A stretch of 64,000 nt of DNA from an uncultured Bacilli bacterium (GCA_947591495.1 CANQDG010000005.1:3387-67386), one strand, 5' to 3'. Positions 1-10,789 are shown, numbered from the stretch's first letter. Notes: generated from the letters alone by a model not told the origin. Numbers and translations: made by a program.

Positions 1-797
1 ATTATGAAATTTCGCGTAGCTATGAAATTGTTGAACAAATTATAAGACCAACGGGTTTACTTGATCCCTTATTAGAAGTTCGTCCGACTAAAAATCAAAT
101 TGATAGCATCATGAGTGATCTAAAAAAACAATTAGATAAAAAAGAACGGACGCTTATTACAACTTTAACCATTAAAATGAGTGAGGATTTAACTGCTTAT
201 TTAAAAGAACATGGTATTAAAGTTGCCTACTTACATTCTGAAATAAAAGCTTTAGAAAGACTTGAAATTATTCGTAAATTAAGACAAGGTATTTTTGATG
301 TTTTAGTTGGAATTAATTTATTAAGAGAAGGATTAGATATTCCTGAGGTTAGCTTAATTTGTATTTTAGATGCTGATAAAGAAGGGTTCTTGCGTAGTGA
401 ACGTTCTTTAATTCAAACAATTGGTCGTGCAGCCCGAAATAAAAATGGTCGTGTTGTTATGTATGCTGATAATATGACCGATTCGATGGCTAAAGCAATT
501 AATGAAACTAATAGACGAAGAACTATTCAAGAAGCTTATAATAAAGAACACAACATTATACCAACAACGATTAAAAAAGAAATTGGTGAAAGTTTATCGA
601 TTGAAACAAATGCTAGTGGTGAAAACGTTAATGAAATTATTAGTATTGATAGCTTTAAGAAATTACCAAAAATCGAACAAAAACATCTTTTAGAACGTCT
701 TGAAAAACAAATGAAAGAGGCTGCCAGTGCACTCAATTTTGAAGAAGCAATGAGCCTTAGAGATATAATATTTGAACTAAAGTCAGGTGATAAATAA
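1..797 (+). CDS. uvrB: Excinuclease ABC subunit B (UvrB), C-terminal part; the 5' end lies outside the window
   Basis: Frame 3 is open from base 3. Helicase C-terminal motifs ([27 protein letters not shown]) and a C-terminal UVR motif ([18 protein letters not shown]). Stop TAA overlaps the mnmA ATG. Confidence 0.9.
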   Translation, partial: YEISRSYEIVEQIIRPTGLLDPLLEVRPTKNQIDSIMSDLKKQLDKKERTLITTLTIKMSEDLTAYLKEHGIKVAYLHSEIKALERLEIIRKLRQGIFDVLVGINLLREGLDIPEVSLICILDADKEGFLRSERSLIQTIGRAARNKNGRVVMYADNMTDSMAKAINETNRRRTIQEAYNKEHNIIPTTIKKEIGESLSIETNASGENVNEIISIDSFKKLPKIEQKHLLERLEKQMKEAASALNFEEAMSLRDIIFELKSGDK

Positions 798-1927
798 TGA
801 CAGATAAAAAAAGCAAAGTAATCGTTGGCCTTTCGGGTGGAGTTGATAGTAGTGTTGCTTTAATTAAATTATTAGAAGCAGGTTATAATGTCGAAGCAAT
901 GTATATGCGAAATTGGGATTCAGCGGTTAACAATGATGTGCTTGGTAATCCAGATTTATTAGATGATGTATGCCCTCAAGAACGTGATTATCAAGATGCC
1001 AAAATGGTGGCAAAACAATTAGGTGTTAAACTTTACCGGGTTGATTTTATTGAAGAATATTGGAATTCAGTATTTGAACATTTCCTTTCTGAATATCGAA
1101 AAAACCGAACCCCTAATCCCGATATTTTATGCAATAAAGAAATCAAATTTAAGACTTTTTTAGATAAAGCACTTGAACTTGGAGCTGATTATATTGCAAT
1201 GGGACACTATGCAAGAGTGATTCATGATGGTGATAAAAACTACTTATTACGTGGAGTTGATCAAAATAAAGACCAAAGTTACTTCTTATCGCAGCTAACA
1301 AGTAGTCAACTTGCTAAAGCATTATTTCCTATTGGAGATATGGAAAAGCCAGAAGTTCGCGAACTTGCTCGAAAATTTAATCTTGTTGTTGCGGACAAAA
1401 AAGACTCAACTGGGGTTTGTTTTATTGGTGAACGAAACTTTAAAGAATTTTTAATGAACTATCTTCCCGCATGCCCAGGTGATATCGTTTCAACATCTGG
1501 TAAAGTTGTAGGTAAGCATGATGGTGTAATGTATTATACAATTGGACAAAGAAGAGGTCTTCATATAGGTGGACCAGGTGATGCTTGGTTTGTCTGTGGT
1601 AAAGATACCCTTAAAAACCAATTAATCGTTGGTCAAGGTAGTGATACCGAATTACTTTATGCAAATCGTGTTATTTTAACCGATGTCAATATTATTAATG
1701 GCACATTTCAAAATGGTCAAGCCATGACGGCTAAATTTAGATATCGTCAACCTGATGAAGAAATAACAGTTTATTGGCTAGATGATAAAACCTTAGAAGT
1801 TCGTTGTAAAAGACCGGTTAAGGCAATTACCCCGGGCCAAGCATGTGTTTTTTATGATGGGGAGTATTGTTTAGGTGGAGGAACCATCGATCAAGTTTAT
1901 ATGAACGAAACTCGGAGAAAATATTAA
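797..1927 (+). CDS. mnmA: tRNA-specific 2-thiouridylase MnmA
   Basis: PP-loop SGGVDSSV near the N-terminus, the conserved DQSYFL and CFIGE segments, 376 aa as is typical. Confidence 0.93.
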   Translation: MTDKKSKVIVGLSGGVDSSVALIKLLEAGYNVEAMYMRNWDSAVNNDVLGNPDLLDDVCPQERDYQDAKMVAKQLGVKLYRVDFIEEYWNSVFEHFLSEYRKNRTPNPDILCNKEIKFKTFLDKALELGADYIAMGHYARVIHDGDKNYLLRGVDQNKDQSYFLSQLTSSQLAKALFPIGDMEKPEVRELARKFNLVVADKKDSTGVCFIGERNFKEFLMNYLPACPGDIVSTSGKVVGKHDGVMYYTIGQRRGLHIGGPGDAWFVCGKDTLKNQLIVGQGSDTELLYANRVILTDVNIINGTFQNGQAMTAKFRYRQPDEEITVYWLDDKTLEVRCKRPVKAITPGQACVFYDGEYCLGGGTIDQVYMNETRRKY

Positions 1928-1998
1928 AAAAGAACGTGCTTAAAAAGATTAACTTTTTAAACACGTTTATTCATTCTTTTGGAAAGGAGATTAAAACA

Positions 1999-4344
1999 AT
2001 GGATATCCTTAATGGTGTAATTAAACGCATTAACTATTATAATGATGCTAATGGTTATGCAGTCGTAATTATGGAATTAGATTATAAAAATAAAAAAGCC
2101 TCAATTCATCAAAATAAAATTATTGGAAATACGATTGCAGCCGTTGGATGTTTTGATCGAAGACCCCAAGAAAATGAAGAATATAGTTTAGAAGGTGAGT
2201 TTGTTCGTGATAAAAATTATGGTTTACAGTTTAAATTTACCAAATTTACAAGAACAATTGTCAAAACTTCTGAAGGCGTCATTAGCTATTTATCAAGTTC
2301 TATGTTTCCGGGAATCGGTCCTAAAATTGCTAAACAATTGATTGAAAAATTAGGGCCTGATTGTCTAAGTAAAATTAAAGATGATGCAAGTGTGTTAGAT
2401 AATTTAGATTTAACCGATAAACAAAAATCCACGATTAGATTAGGTATTATTAGTGATGAAGTAAGTCAAGAAAATACCATTTTTTTCCTTGATAATGGTT
2501 TAACAATGGATATGGCTCATAAAATAATTGCTACCTTTGGCGAAATGGCTAAAGAAATAGTTTTGGAAAATCCATATATCATAATGGAAAAGATTGAAAG
2601 ATTTGGCTTCAAAAAAAATGATGCTTTTGCTTTAAAAATTGGGATTGCGGAAAACAGTGTCGTCCGGCTAAAAGCTTTACTTAGTTATGTCTTACAAGAG
2701 GCTTTATATAATATTGGTAATAGTTATATTACTAAAGCTGATTTATTTGATTATACAATTAAATATTTAGGTAAAGATATTGATAGTGATACTTTTGAAG
2801 AAGTTTTGCATATTTTAGTTGATACTAAAAAAATTTTTATTGATGAAAATAAACATATTTTTGATTATAAAATGTATATTCAAGAAATTGATTTAGCAAA
2901 AGAAATCGTAAGTATTCTTAAAGGAACAAGAGATTTTGATAAAAAACCATTAGTTTATAATGATGAAGAAATTAACAAATACTATTTAAAAGTCAAAAAT
3001 AATGCTAACATTACTTTTAATCATGAACAAGAACAAGCTATTTTAAGTGCTTTTAGCGAACCTTTAATTATTATTACAGGTGGGCCTGGTACGGGAAAAA
3101 CAACCATTATTAAAGCGATTATTGAAATGTATTTAAAACTCAATAAAGAAAATAGTGCTCTTAATGACTACATTGCCTTACTTGCACCAACTGGGAAAGC
3201 GGCTAAAAGATTAAAAGAAGCAACTAATATGCAAGCGATGACCATTCATAAATTCTTAGGTTATATGGGTTCTAATATATTTACTTATTCAAAGTATAAT
3301 AAAACACAAGCTAAGTTAATTATTGTTGATGAAGCCTCAATGATGGATTTACCAATTGCCTCAAGACTAATTACATCAATGCAACCTGATGCTAGAATGA
3401 TTATTGTTGGTGATGTTGATCAGTTGCCAAGTGTTGGTCCTGGTCAAGTTTTAAAGGATTTAATTGATTCACGCGAAATTAAAACAATTCGTCTAAATAA
3501 AATTCATCGTCAATCAGAAAATTCTAGTATAATAAAATTAGCACATAATGTTAATGAAGGTATTTTACCGGAAAATATGTTAGATAAATTAAACGATCGC
3601 GTCTTTATTCAAACTGATAATTTTCATCTAGCAGATCTTTTAGTTGATATCGCTAATAAATATATTTTAAATGGTTATGATATAAAAAAGGATATTCAAA
3701 TCTTAATTCCAATGTATAAAGGCGATTGTGGTATTAATGAAATTAATGCACGTATCCAAGATATTGTTAATCCTTATATAGATGATGATCATCAAATAAA
3801 ACATTATGGACAAATTTTCCGTGAAAACGATAAAGTTATTCAATTAGTTAATCGTGCCGAAAAAGGAATTATGAATGGTGATGTTGGTTATATTGACGGC
3901 TTAATTTATAATAACTTAAAAGTTGTGGGTCTAAGAGTTGCTTTTGATAGTGTAATGGTTGAGTATAATCTTGAAGAATTAGAAGAGTTAAGCTTAGCAT
4001 ATGCAATTAGTGTTCATAAAGCCCAAGGTGGTGAATTTGATGTTGTTATAATGCCAATTACATCTAAACATTACATTATGTTAAAAAGAAAATTAATTTA
4101 TACAGCTATTACAAGAGCCAAAAAAATATTAATTTTAATAGGTGATGTTAAAATGATGCAACAAAGTATTAGAAAAATTGAAACAAATCGTAAAACCATT
4201 TTAAAAGATAAAATTTATGAATATTTGAATGCTAAAGAAAACATTCTTTTAACAAATAAACAAAACGAAGATAACCAATTAGAAGCAGATGATGAATTTG
4301 GTAGCCAGTTCACTGACTTAAATAAAGATGATTTTATGAAATAA
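1999..4344 (+). CDS. recD2: RecD2-type ATP-dependent DNA helicase (YrrC-like)
   Basis: Walker A GGPGTGKTT, Walker B IIVDEASM, C-terminal SVHKAQGGEFD motif. ATG at 1999 follows SD GGAAAGGAG. The track ORF start at 1867 overlaps mnmA and is unlikely. mnmA-recD2 adjacency as in Bacillus. Confidence 0.85.
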   Translation: MDILNGVIKRINYYNDANGYAVVIMELDYKNKKASIHQNKIIGNTIAAVGCFDRRPQENEEYSLEGEFVRDKNYGLQFKFTKFTRTIVKTSEGVISYLSSSMFPGIGPKIAKQLIEKLGPDCLSKIKDDASVLDNLDLTDKQKSTIRLGIISDEVSQENTIFFLDNGLTMDMAHKIIATFGEMAKEIVLENPYIIMEKIERFGFKKNDAFALKIGIAENSVVRLKALLSYVLQEALYNIGNSYITKADLFDYTIKYLGKDIDSDTFEEVLHILVDTKKIFIDENKHIFDYKMYIQEIDLAKEIVSILKGTRDFDKKPLVYNDEEINKYYLKVKNNANITFNHEQEQAILSAFSEPLIIITGGPGTGKTTIIKAIIEMYLKLNKENSALNDYIALLAPTGKAAKRLKEATNMQAMTIHKFLGYMGSNIFTYSKYNKTQAKLIIVDEASMMDLPIASRLITSMQPDARMIIVGDVDQLPSVGPGQVLKDLIDSREIKTIRLNKIHRQSENSSIIKLAHNVNEGILPENMLDKLNDRVFIQTDNFHLADLLVDIANKYILNGYDIKKDIQILIPMYKGDCGINEINARIQDIVNPYIDDDHQIKHYGQIFRENDKVIQLVNRAEKGIMNGDVGYIDGLIYNNLKVVGLRVAFDSVMVEYNLEELEELSLAYAISVHKAQGGEFDVVIMPITSKHYIMLKRKLIYTAITRAKKILILIGDVKMMQQSIRKIETNRKTILKDKIYEYLNAKENILLTNKQNEDNQLEADDEFGSQFTDLNKDDFMK

Positions 4345-4528
4345 TTGAAAGACAAATATTGGCAAGAAATAAATGTATTTTCAATTAATAATCTTCGCAT
4401 AATAATATTGCATAAAGAAAGTATCTTGATTCGTTATTAGGAGAACATATAATATTCCCTTTGTTTAGAACTATTAACTAGACAGATAAAATCTACTTAT
4501 GCTACTTTAGTCAAAGAGGTGACAAAAA

Positions 4529-4717
4529 ATGAAATCATCAATCGTTCCTTACGCGGCTGGAGCAATGACGGTTTTAGGAGTATGGGTTGTTGTGGCTAAC
4601 AAACAAAAAATTAATAAGCTTATGAAAGATGTTAACGAAACAATGGATCAAATGCTCCAAAAATGCAAAAAGACTATTAAAGAAGAAAGCTGTTCTTGTA
4701 ATAGTCAAGAAGGATAA
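4529..4717 (+). CDS. Small hypothetical membrane protein (62 aa)
   Basis: SD AAAGAGGTG 8 nt upstream of the ATG, one hydrophobic helix (AAGAMTVLGVWVVVA), followed by a hairpin terminator. No recognisable family. Confidence 0.45.
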   Translation: MKSSIVPYAAGAMTVLGVWVVVANKQKINKLMKDVNETMDQMLQKCKKTIKEESCSCNSQEG

Positions 4718-4729
4718 GCATAACTTATC

Positions 4730-4765
4730 AAAAAAGTATAGGTGTCAAACTTATACTTTTTTTTA
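4730..4765. terminator. Bidirectional intrinsic terminator between convergent genes
   Basis: A-run, stem AAGTATA/TATACTT, T-run. Overlaps the stop of the minus-strand ZIP gene. Confidence 0.55.
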
Positions 4766-5521
4766 TAGATAAATAATCAATAATCCGATAGTCATACCAA
4801 TAATTAAGGCAAGCGCCGCATAACGGGTTTTTTCTAAATTAAAAGCATTAGGGATAACATCTAAAAAGGTTACACAAAGCATTGCCCCACCGGCAAAACT
4901 TAAGGAAAATGAAAGGCCACTAGGACCAATATCACCAATAAAATAGCCAATTAAAGCTCCTAAAACAGTTGGCAAGCCGGCCAAAAAACAAATACCAATG
5001 GCTTTTGCTTTAGGCATCTTACCACTAATTAAAGGCACGCTAATTGCTAATCCTTCGGGAATATTATGAAGACCAATTAAAAAGACCATTCTAAGCATAT
5101 TTTCATTAAGTGGATTAACATCTGTTTTCGCCAAAGAGCCGATTGACATTCCTTCAGGTAAATTGTGTAAAGCAATTGCACAGATTAAAATAATTCCCGA
5201 AATTATTAAGGAATTAGATGAATAAGACGGAATAATTTTTTGATGAAATAAATAATCAAGTAAATAAACGACAAAAAACCCCAAAAAAAGACTTATAATA
5301 ACAAAGAAAATGTTGACTTGATGATTTGGTAAAGGATAAATGGAATGTTGTAACATATCAAAGCAAACAATACTAATCATAATACCTGAGGCAAAATTTA
5401 AAAGAAGACAAATGATACGATTAGAACTATTTTTAAAAAAAGATCCAATAATGCCACCAAGGCCAGTTCCGATAACTCCTGATGCTAAAGTAATAACAGT
5501 AATAGCTAATAAATCACGCAT
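4763..5521 (-). CDS. ZIP-family divalent metal (zinc) transporter
   Basis: Eight-TM profile and the paired ZIP signatures HNLPEGMSIG and HNIPEGLAISVPL. Confidence 0.85.
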   Translation of the reverse strand: MRDLLAITVITLASGVIGTGLGGIIGSFFKNSSNRIICLLLNFASGIMISIVCFDMLQHSIYPLPNHQVNIFFVIISLFLGFFVVYLLDYLFHQKIIPSYSSNSLIISGIILICAIALHNLPEGMSIGSLAKTDVNPLNENMLRMVFLIGLHNIPEGLAISVPLISGKMPKAKAIGICFLAGLPTVLGALIGYFIGDIGPSGLSFSLSFAGGAMLCVTFLDVIPNAFNLEKTRYAALALIIGMTIGLLIIYL

Positions 5522-5661
5522 AAAACCACCTAAAATGTTTAACTAATAAACAATATGTGTTAAATTTTAAAAATATGCTTTTAATCTATTTGACTATTAA
5601 GATAATTTTTGATATAATTTTCTCATATACATATTAATAATAAAGGAGTTGAGAATATAAT

Positions 5662-6720
5662 ATGGATCCACTGGTCCCCTTGTCGCAAATGATCTTTTTA
5701 AGTAGTGCGACTGAAAACTTGCCATTAATAATAGTCATTATTATATTATTAATAGCTAGTGCCTTTTTTTCAGCAGTTGAAACAGCCCTTACTTGTTGTA
5801 ATCGTGTTCGGCTTAAAGTTAAAGCTGAAGATGGTAGTAAAAGCGCTCGTTTGGCTTTAAAAATTTTAGAAAAATACGATCAATCACTTATTACGATTTT
5901 AATTGGTAATAATATTGTTAACATTGTAGCATCTGCGATTGCGACAGTAATTGTGATTGGTTATATTACCGAAGATAGCCTTGCAACCCTTGTTGCCACC
6001 ATTATTATGACTGTTTTGGTTTTTATTTTTGGAGAAATCATTCCGAAAAATATTGCTAAAGCAAATGCTGATAAATTGGTTCAAATCTTATGTTATCCTT
6101 TATGGCTAATATATATTATTACATATCCAATTATGCAAATTTTTAATTTTATTTTATGGTCTTTTAACAAGATTTTTAGAATAAAAGAAACCGATAATAC
6201 TTTAACAGAAGATGAATTTCAAGATATCATTGTTAATAGTGAAGAAGAAGGCGTTATGGATGAAGAAGAAAGTAATATCATCCAAGCTGCCGTTGACTTT
6301 AATGATATCACAGTCAAAAGTGTTCTAACGCCTAAAGAAAAAATGGTTATGCTTGACTATAATAAATTATCAAGAAGTGAAGTACTCAAAAATATCAATG
6401 ATATTAAATTTTCGCGAATCCCGGTCTATGCTAATAATCCTAATAAAATAATAGGCATTTTAAATATTAGAAGATTTTTAAAAATGGCGATGAATTCTAA
6501 AAAATTTGCTTTAAGGCAATCAATGAGTGAAGTAATCGATGTAACCGATGATACATCTTTAAATGTAATGGTTGAACTTTTTAAAAGTAAAAAAAGTCAT
6601 ATGGCAATTGTTTATGATCAAAATCATGAATTAGTTGGCCTTGTAACCATGGAAGATGTTTTAGAAGAATTAGTTGGTGAAACAACTAATAATGAACAAT
6701 TAAAAGGAGGTCTTAAATAA
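5662..6720 (+). CDS. CNNM/HlyC-CorC family transporter (DUF21 TM domain plus CBS pair, no CorC_HlyC tail)
   Basis: DUF21 signature FFSAVETAL...LIGNNIVNI...GEIIPK, then CBS-pair segments (SRIPVYANNPNKIIGIL, LVGLVTMEDVLEELVGE). The protein ends directly after the CBS pair. Confidence 0.8.
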   Translation: MDPLVPLSQMIFLSSATENLPLIIVIIILLIASAFFSAVETALTCCNRVRLKVKAEDGSKSARLALKILEKYDQSLITILIGNNIVNIVASAIATVIVIGYITEDSLATLVATIIMTVLVFIFGEIIPKNIAKANADKLVQILCYPLWLIYIITYPIMQIFNFILWSFNKIFRIKETDNTLTEDEFQDIIVNSEEEGVMDEEESNIIQAAVDFNDITVKSVLTPKEKMVMLDYNKLSRSEVLKNINDIKFSRIPVYANNPNKIIGILNIRRFLKMAMNSKKFALRQSMSEVIDVTDDTSLNVMVELFKSKKSHMAIVYDQNHELVGLVTMEDVLEELVGETTNNEQLKGGLK

Positions 6721-7994
6721 TGGATGCTCCTAAAATAACAATTATTACGATTGTTTTAATTGTGTTACTTGTTTGTTCGGCTTTCTTTTCTTCTTGTGAA
6801 ATTGCTTATGCAAGTGTTAATCGAATTAAATTACAAAAAAAAGCTAATGAAAATAGTAAAAAAGCATCTGCAGCTTTAAAAATTGTTGACAATTATACAA
6901 ATGCTTTATCAACGATTTTAGTGGGAAATAATTTAGTTAATATTTTAATTTCTTCAATTGCCACGATGATTGCGGTAGAATATTTGGGTGATGAAAAAGG
7001 AACGCTTATTTCTACGATTGTTGTAACGATTGTCGTTTTGATTTTAGGAGAAATTTTACCAAAAGCAGTTGCTAAAAAATATAATTTACGTTTATCATTA
7101 CTTTATGTTAGTCCTTTTAATATTTGTCGAATTTTATTTTTTCCTGTAACATGGATTGTAACTAAATTAGTTAATTTAATTAGCAAACTATGGACTCCTA
7201 AAGAAACTGAACCATCAGTTAATGATGAAGAATTAATAGCAATTACGGAAGAATTGGAAGAAGAAGGTGTCATTGATGAAGATGATGCTGAATTAATCAT
7301 TTCCGCAATCGATTTTAGAGATGTAACAGCACATGAAATTATGATTCCACGAGTTGATGTCTTTGCTATCGATATTGAAGATGATAAACAAGAAATCTTA
7401 AATAATGAAGAAATTTTCCGCTTTTCAAGAGTGCCAGTTTATGAAGATACAATTGATCATATTATTGGTATTTTAAACACAACCGAACTAATGAAAAAGA
7501 TTTTAAATGGTGATGAAATCGATTTACGATCAATGTTATCAAAACCAATGTTTGTTCATAAAACCAAAGCCATTTCTAATATTTTGACGGAGTTTAAAAC
7601 TACTAATCAACACCTTGCCATTGTTGTTGATGAATTTGGTGGTTTTATGGGAATTTTAACAATTGAGGATATTGTCGAAGAATTAGTTGGTGATATTTTT
7701 GATGAAATGGATGAAGTTGAAATAGAATATACGGAACTTGCTCCTAATGTTTATTTGGTTGATGGTGATATGAATATCTATGATTTCCTTGAATTAGTCG
7801 ATTATGATGATCGTGATTTTGATAGTGAATATACAACCGTTGGTGGTTGGTGCACCGAAGTCTTAGAAAAATTCCCTCAAGTTAACGATACTTTTACTTT
7901 TGCTAATTTAAAAATTACTATTACAGAAGCCGAAGATATGCGTGTTAGAAAATTAAAAGTGGAAGTTGACGAAACAACGAAGGAAGATGAATAA
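6720..7994 (+). CDS. CNNM/HlyC-CorC family transporter (DUF21 plus CBS pair plus CorC_HlyC domain)
   Basis: Paralogue of the upstream gene (FFSSCEIAY...VGNNLVNI...GEILPK; FMGILTIEDIVEELVGDI) with an added C-terminal transporter-associated domain. ATG overlaps the upstream stop. Confidence 0.85.
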   Translation: MDAPKITIITIVLIVLLVCSAFFSSCEIAYASVNRIKLQKKANENSKKASAALKIVDNYTNALSTILVGNNLVNILISSIATMIAVEYLGDEKGTLISTIVVTIVVLILGEILPKAVAKKYNLRLSLLYVSPFNICRILFFPVTWIVTKLVNLISKLWTPKETEPSVNDEELIAITEELEEEGVIDEDDAELIISAIDFRDVTAHEIMIPRVDVFAIDIEDDKQEILNNEEIFRFSRVPVYEDTIDHIIGILNTTELMKKILNGDEIDLRSMLSKPMFVHKTKAISNILTEFKTTNQHLAIVVDEFGGFMGILTIEDIVEELVGDIFDEMDEVEIEYTELAPNVYLVDGDMNIYDFLELVDYDDRDFDSEYTTVGGWCTEVLEKFPQVNDTFTFANLKITITEAEDMRVRKLKVEVDETTKEDE

Positions 7995-8013
7995 ATCATA
8001 AAGAGTTTTCTTT

Positions 8014-8070
8014 AAATCTTTATTTTAAACTGGTTAAGATCAAAATACTAGTTTAAATAAAGATTTTTTT
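8014..8070 (+). terminator. Intrinsic terminator of the CNNM pair
   Basis: About 18-bp stem AAATCTTTATTTTAAACTGG / CTAGTTTAAATAAAGATTT followed by T7. Confidence 0.7.
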
Positions 8071-8150
8071 ATTTAGCAACTAAAAGCAAAATAAAAGCAA
8101 AAAAGCTTAATTTTTTATATAATAATTATGAGAAAGTAGGAGGTAAAAAA

Positions 8151-10358
8151 ATGCCAAAAAGATTGATCGTTTTAATAATATTGATGTTTTCGATGAGTTT
8201 TTTAACCGCTTGTCAAAAACAAAAAACTTATTTACAACAAGTAGATACTATTAATGAAAAAATTACAAATATACCTGATGTTATTACTTTAGATGCGGAA
8301 AGCCTAATTGATGAAATTACCAAGTTATATCAAGCTTTACCAGCTAAATATCAAGCAAAAGTTTTAGGCTTTGATAAAGTTACAGATGCTAAAATGATTT
8401 TAAATAATTATCATCAACAAATTAATCAAGTTATAGCTTTAATTGAAGCACTACCGGCTTTAGCTGACTTTACTTTAGAAGATGAAGAAACTTTACAAAT
8501 AGCCAAAACCGCTTATGATGCTTTAGCCGAACACTTAAAGGTTTATATTACTAATTATCAAAAACTAGCATCTTTACTTTTAGAAGAAGAAAAATTAGTT
8601 TTAATTGAAAATGTTAATGAATTAATTAATAATTTACCTTCTGCCGAAACTCTATCTATTGAAGATAAAGACCAATTACTTCTTGCAAGAAGTGCTTATG
8701 ATGCTTTAGATGAGGATTTAAAAGGCTATGTTATCAATTATCAAAAATTAGTTGAATTAGAAGCATTAATGCAAGATAAAGAAGCTGTTGCTAACTTGAT
8801 TAGTAAAATAGAAGCTTTACCAACAGTTGAAAATTTAACGATTAATGATCAACCATTATTAGAAGAAATTCACCTTTTATATCAAGCTTTAAAACCTAGT
8901 TTAAAAGCTCTTATAACAAATTATCAAGTTTTAGAAACATTAGAAAATCAAATGAGTAATTTATTAGAAGTCCAAAACACTATTTTAGATTGTGTCAGTG
9001 ACTTTGCTACTTCTAATACCAAAGATCAATTAATATTAGAAAATGAATATGCGACATTTAGTTGGAAAAGTTGGCGACCAACTCTTTATGTAATAACAAA
9101 CGATGGTTTTGGTCAAGTATCTAAAGCTAAACAAACTCATTACAATCAATACGCTAATATTGTTGTTACAATTAACTATAAAAATGGTCCTGTTGTAGAA
9201 AAGTCAAAAGAAATTACTGTTGGCCCTGTTTTATATGATGAATTACCATCAACTCCTGTTGCAACTTATTTTTCGGTTGATGCTGTAAGTATGTATACTA
9301 ATTATAGTAATCGTTATAAAACCGAAAGAACACTTTTTTCAGATAAAGCTAAAGAAGTTTTAGATATTGTATATTATTCTTTTGCAATTCCATATGATGA
9401 TGGAACTTGCAAATTTACAAATACTAGTTACTTAGAAGAAGTTTTACAACTAAAAGAGAGTAATGTCAGAGTTGTTGCATGTATTAATGGGGTATCATCA
9501 GAAACTTGTGCTACTTTTAATAAAATTACCGCTGATGATAATTTACGTCAAACTTTTGTTACTAATTTAATGAATTTAGTTGAAAATAATAAATTAGATG
9601 GTGTTGATATCGATTGGGAAACCGTTTCTTCGTCAATTAAAGTTAATGCAACCGGTATGAATAAACTAATGCAAGATATACGTGCTGAAATGAATCGTAG
9701 ACAAGCAGCAGGAGGATCACCTTACTTTTTAAGTGCGGCTGTTCCTGCTTCAAGTTGGGGAACAACTTCTGATCGCTTTGATTTCAAAACCCTTAATAAC
9801 TATGTTGATTATATTAATCTAATGTCTTATGATATGAATAATAGTGCTAAAACAACTCATCTTTCACCACTTTATCGTTCTGAACATGATGGAGGATTTG
9901 GTTTTGGTTGTGATTATGGTGTTAACCTTTTAACATCTTTAGGCCTTTCTAAGTCTAAAATTATTATTGGTTCAGCTGGATATGGTAAAGCATATAAAGT
10001 TACGGGAAGTTTTACCTCAACGACCTATCCTGCTTTAGGCGTTAGTGGAACGCTAACTAGTCTTAATATGGAAGGCTCATATAGTAGTGGTACTGTTTTT
10101 GGTAATGTTATCGAAGAGTTAATTAAAAGTGGTGAATATCAACAATATTTAGAAGTTAATAGCCAAAATCAAGTAGTTGGTTCATATTTATATAATCCAA
10201 CCAATCGGATTTTCGTAACTTATGATAGCGAAGAAGTTATGATGGCAAAATATGAATATGCAAAAGCAATTGATGGCGTAGGATTAATGTGTTGGTGTTA
10301 TCCAGAAGACACTACTGATACGATGATTAATGGTGTATATCGAGCTATGCATCAATAA
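8151..10358 (+). CDS. Lipoprotein with four N-terminal helical repeats and a C-terminal GH18 (chitinase/spore-hydrolase-like) domain
   Basis: Lipobox FLTAC. Four ~55-aa repeats (LP..E.L...D...L..A...YDAL...LK.YI.NYQKL). GH18 catalytic motif LDGVDIDWE. Strong SD GGAGGT. Confidence 0.8.
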   Translation: MPKRLIVLIILMFSMSFLTACQKQKTYLQQVDTINEKITNIPDVITLDAESLIDEITKLYQALPAKYQAKVLGFDKVTDAKMILNNYHQQINQVIALIEALPALADFTLEDEETLQIAKTAYDALAEHLKVYITNYQKLASLLLEEEKLVLIENVNELINNLPSAETLSIEDKDQLLLARSAYDALDEDLKGYVINYQKLVELEALMQDKEAVANLISKIEALPTVENLTINDQPLLEEIHLLYQALKPSLKALITNYQVLETLENQMSNLLEVQNTILDCVSDFATSNTKDQLILENEYATFSWKSWRPTLYVITNDGFGQVSKAKQTHYNQYANIVVTINYKNGPVVEKSKEITVGPVLYDELPSTPVATYFSVDAVSMYTNYSNRYKTERTLFSDKAKEVLDIVYYSFAIPYDDGTCKFTNTSYLEEVLQLKESNVRVVACINGVSSETCATFNKITADDNLRQTFVTNLMNLVENNKLDGVDIDWETVSSSIKVNATGMNKLMQDIRAEMNRRQAAGGSPYFLSAAVPASSWGTTSDRFDFKTLNNYVDYINLMSYDMNNSAKTTHLSPLYRSEHDGGFGFGCDYGVNLLTSLGLSKSKIIIGSAGYGKAYKVTGSFTSTTYPALGVSGTLTSLNMEGSYSSGTVFGNVIEELIKSGEYQQYLEVNSQNQVVGSYLYNPTNRIFVTYDSEEVMMAKYEYAKAIDGVGLMCWCYPEDTTDTMINGVYRAMHQ

Positions 10359-10370
10359 AGGATTTAGCTA

Positions 10371-10715
10371 ATGGATAAAATCATTTTAGCAGTTGCTTTA
10401 GTTTTAGTATCGATGCTTGTTATAACAATTTTAATTATTTGTTTAACGATTAAAAAAACTTTAAAAAAATGGCAAAAAGATGCCCAATACTTAATCGATC
10501 AAAAAGATGTGGTTAAACTTTGTCAAATAGAAAGATTAACTGAGGCTAAACGGTATTACAATGCGGAATATCATTATGTAGTTACCTTTCAAAAAATTCA
10601 AACTTTGCAAAACATTTCTTTATATGTGCTTGAGATAACAAGTGATATGGTTCTAAATCAAGAATATCAAATTATTCATGATGGCGTGGTGCTTTTTGAA
10701 ATAGAGAAGTTGTAA
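10371..10715 (+). CDS. Hypothetical single-pass membrane protein (114 aa)
   Basis: N-terminal TM helix (ILAVALVLVSMLVITILIICLTI). Tightly follows the GH18 gene. No recognisable family. Confidence 0.5.
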   Translation: MDKIILAVALVLVSMLVITILIICLTIKKTLKKWQKDAQYLIDQKDVVKLCQIERLTEAKRYYNAEYHYVVTFQKIQTLQNISLYVLEITSDMVLNQEYQIIHDGVVLFEIEKL

Positions 10716-10789
10716 AATGATAATTACTAGTCTAAAGATGGCTTTGCTGAATATAATATAGTGTATCATTTAATTTAAATCTTTCTGTC

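Noticed and set aside
1867-1998. N-terminal extension of the recD2 ORF in the track
   Set aside because: It overlaps the mnmA 3' end in another frame and has no SD. The ATG at 1999 has SD GGAAAGGAG and begins the conserved sequence.
1999-4344. RecD-like helicase as a defence-system component
   Set aside because: It has the domain order and length of housekeeping RecD2/YrrC and shows conserved adjacency to mnmA. There are no partner nuclease or methylase genes.
5340-5546. 68-aa plus-strand ORF overlapping the ZIP transporter start
   Set aside because: It is antisense to ZIP-family coding sequence and has no SD.
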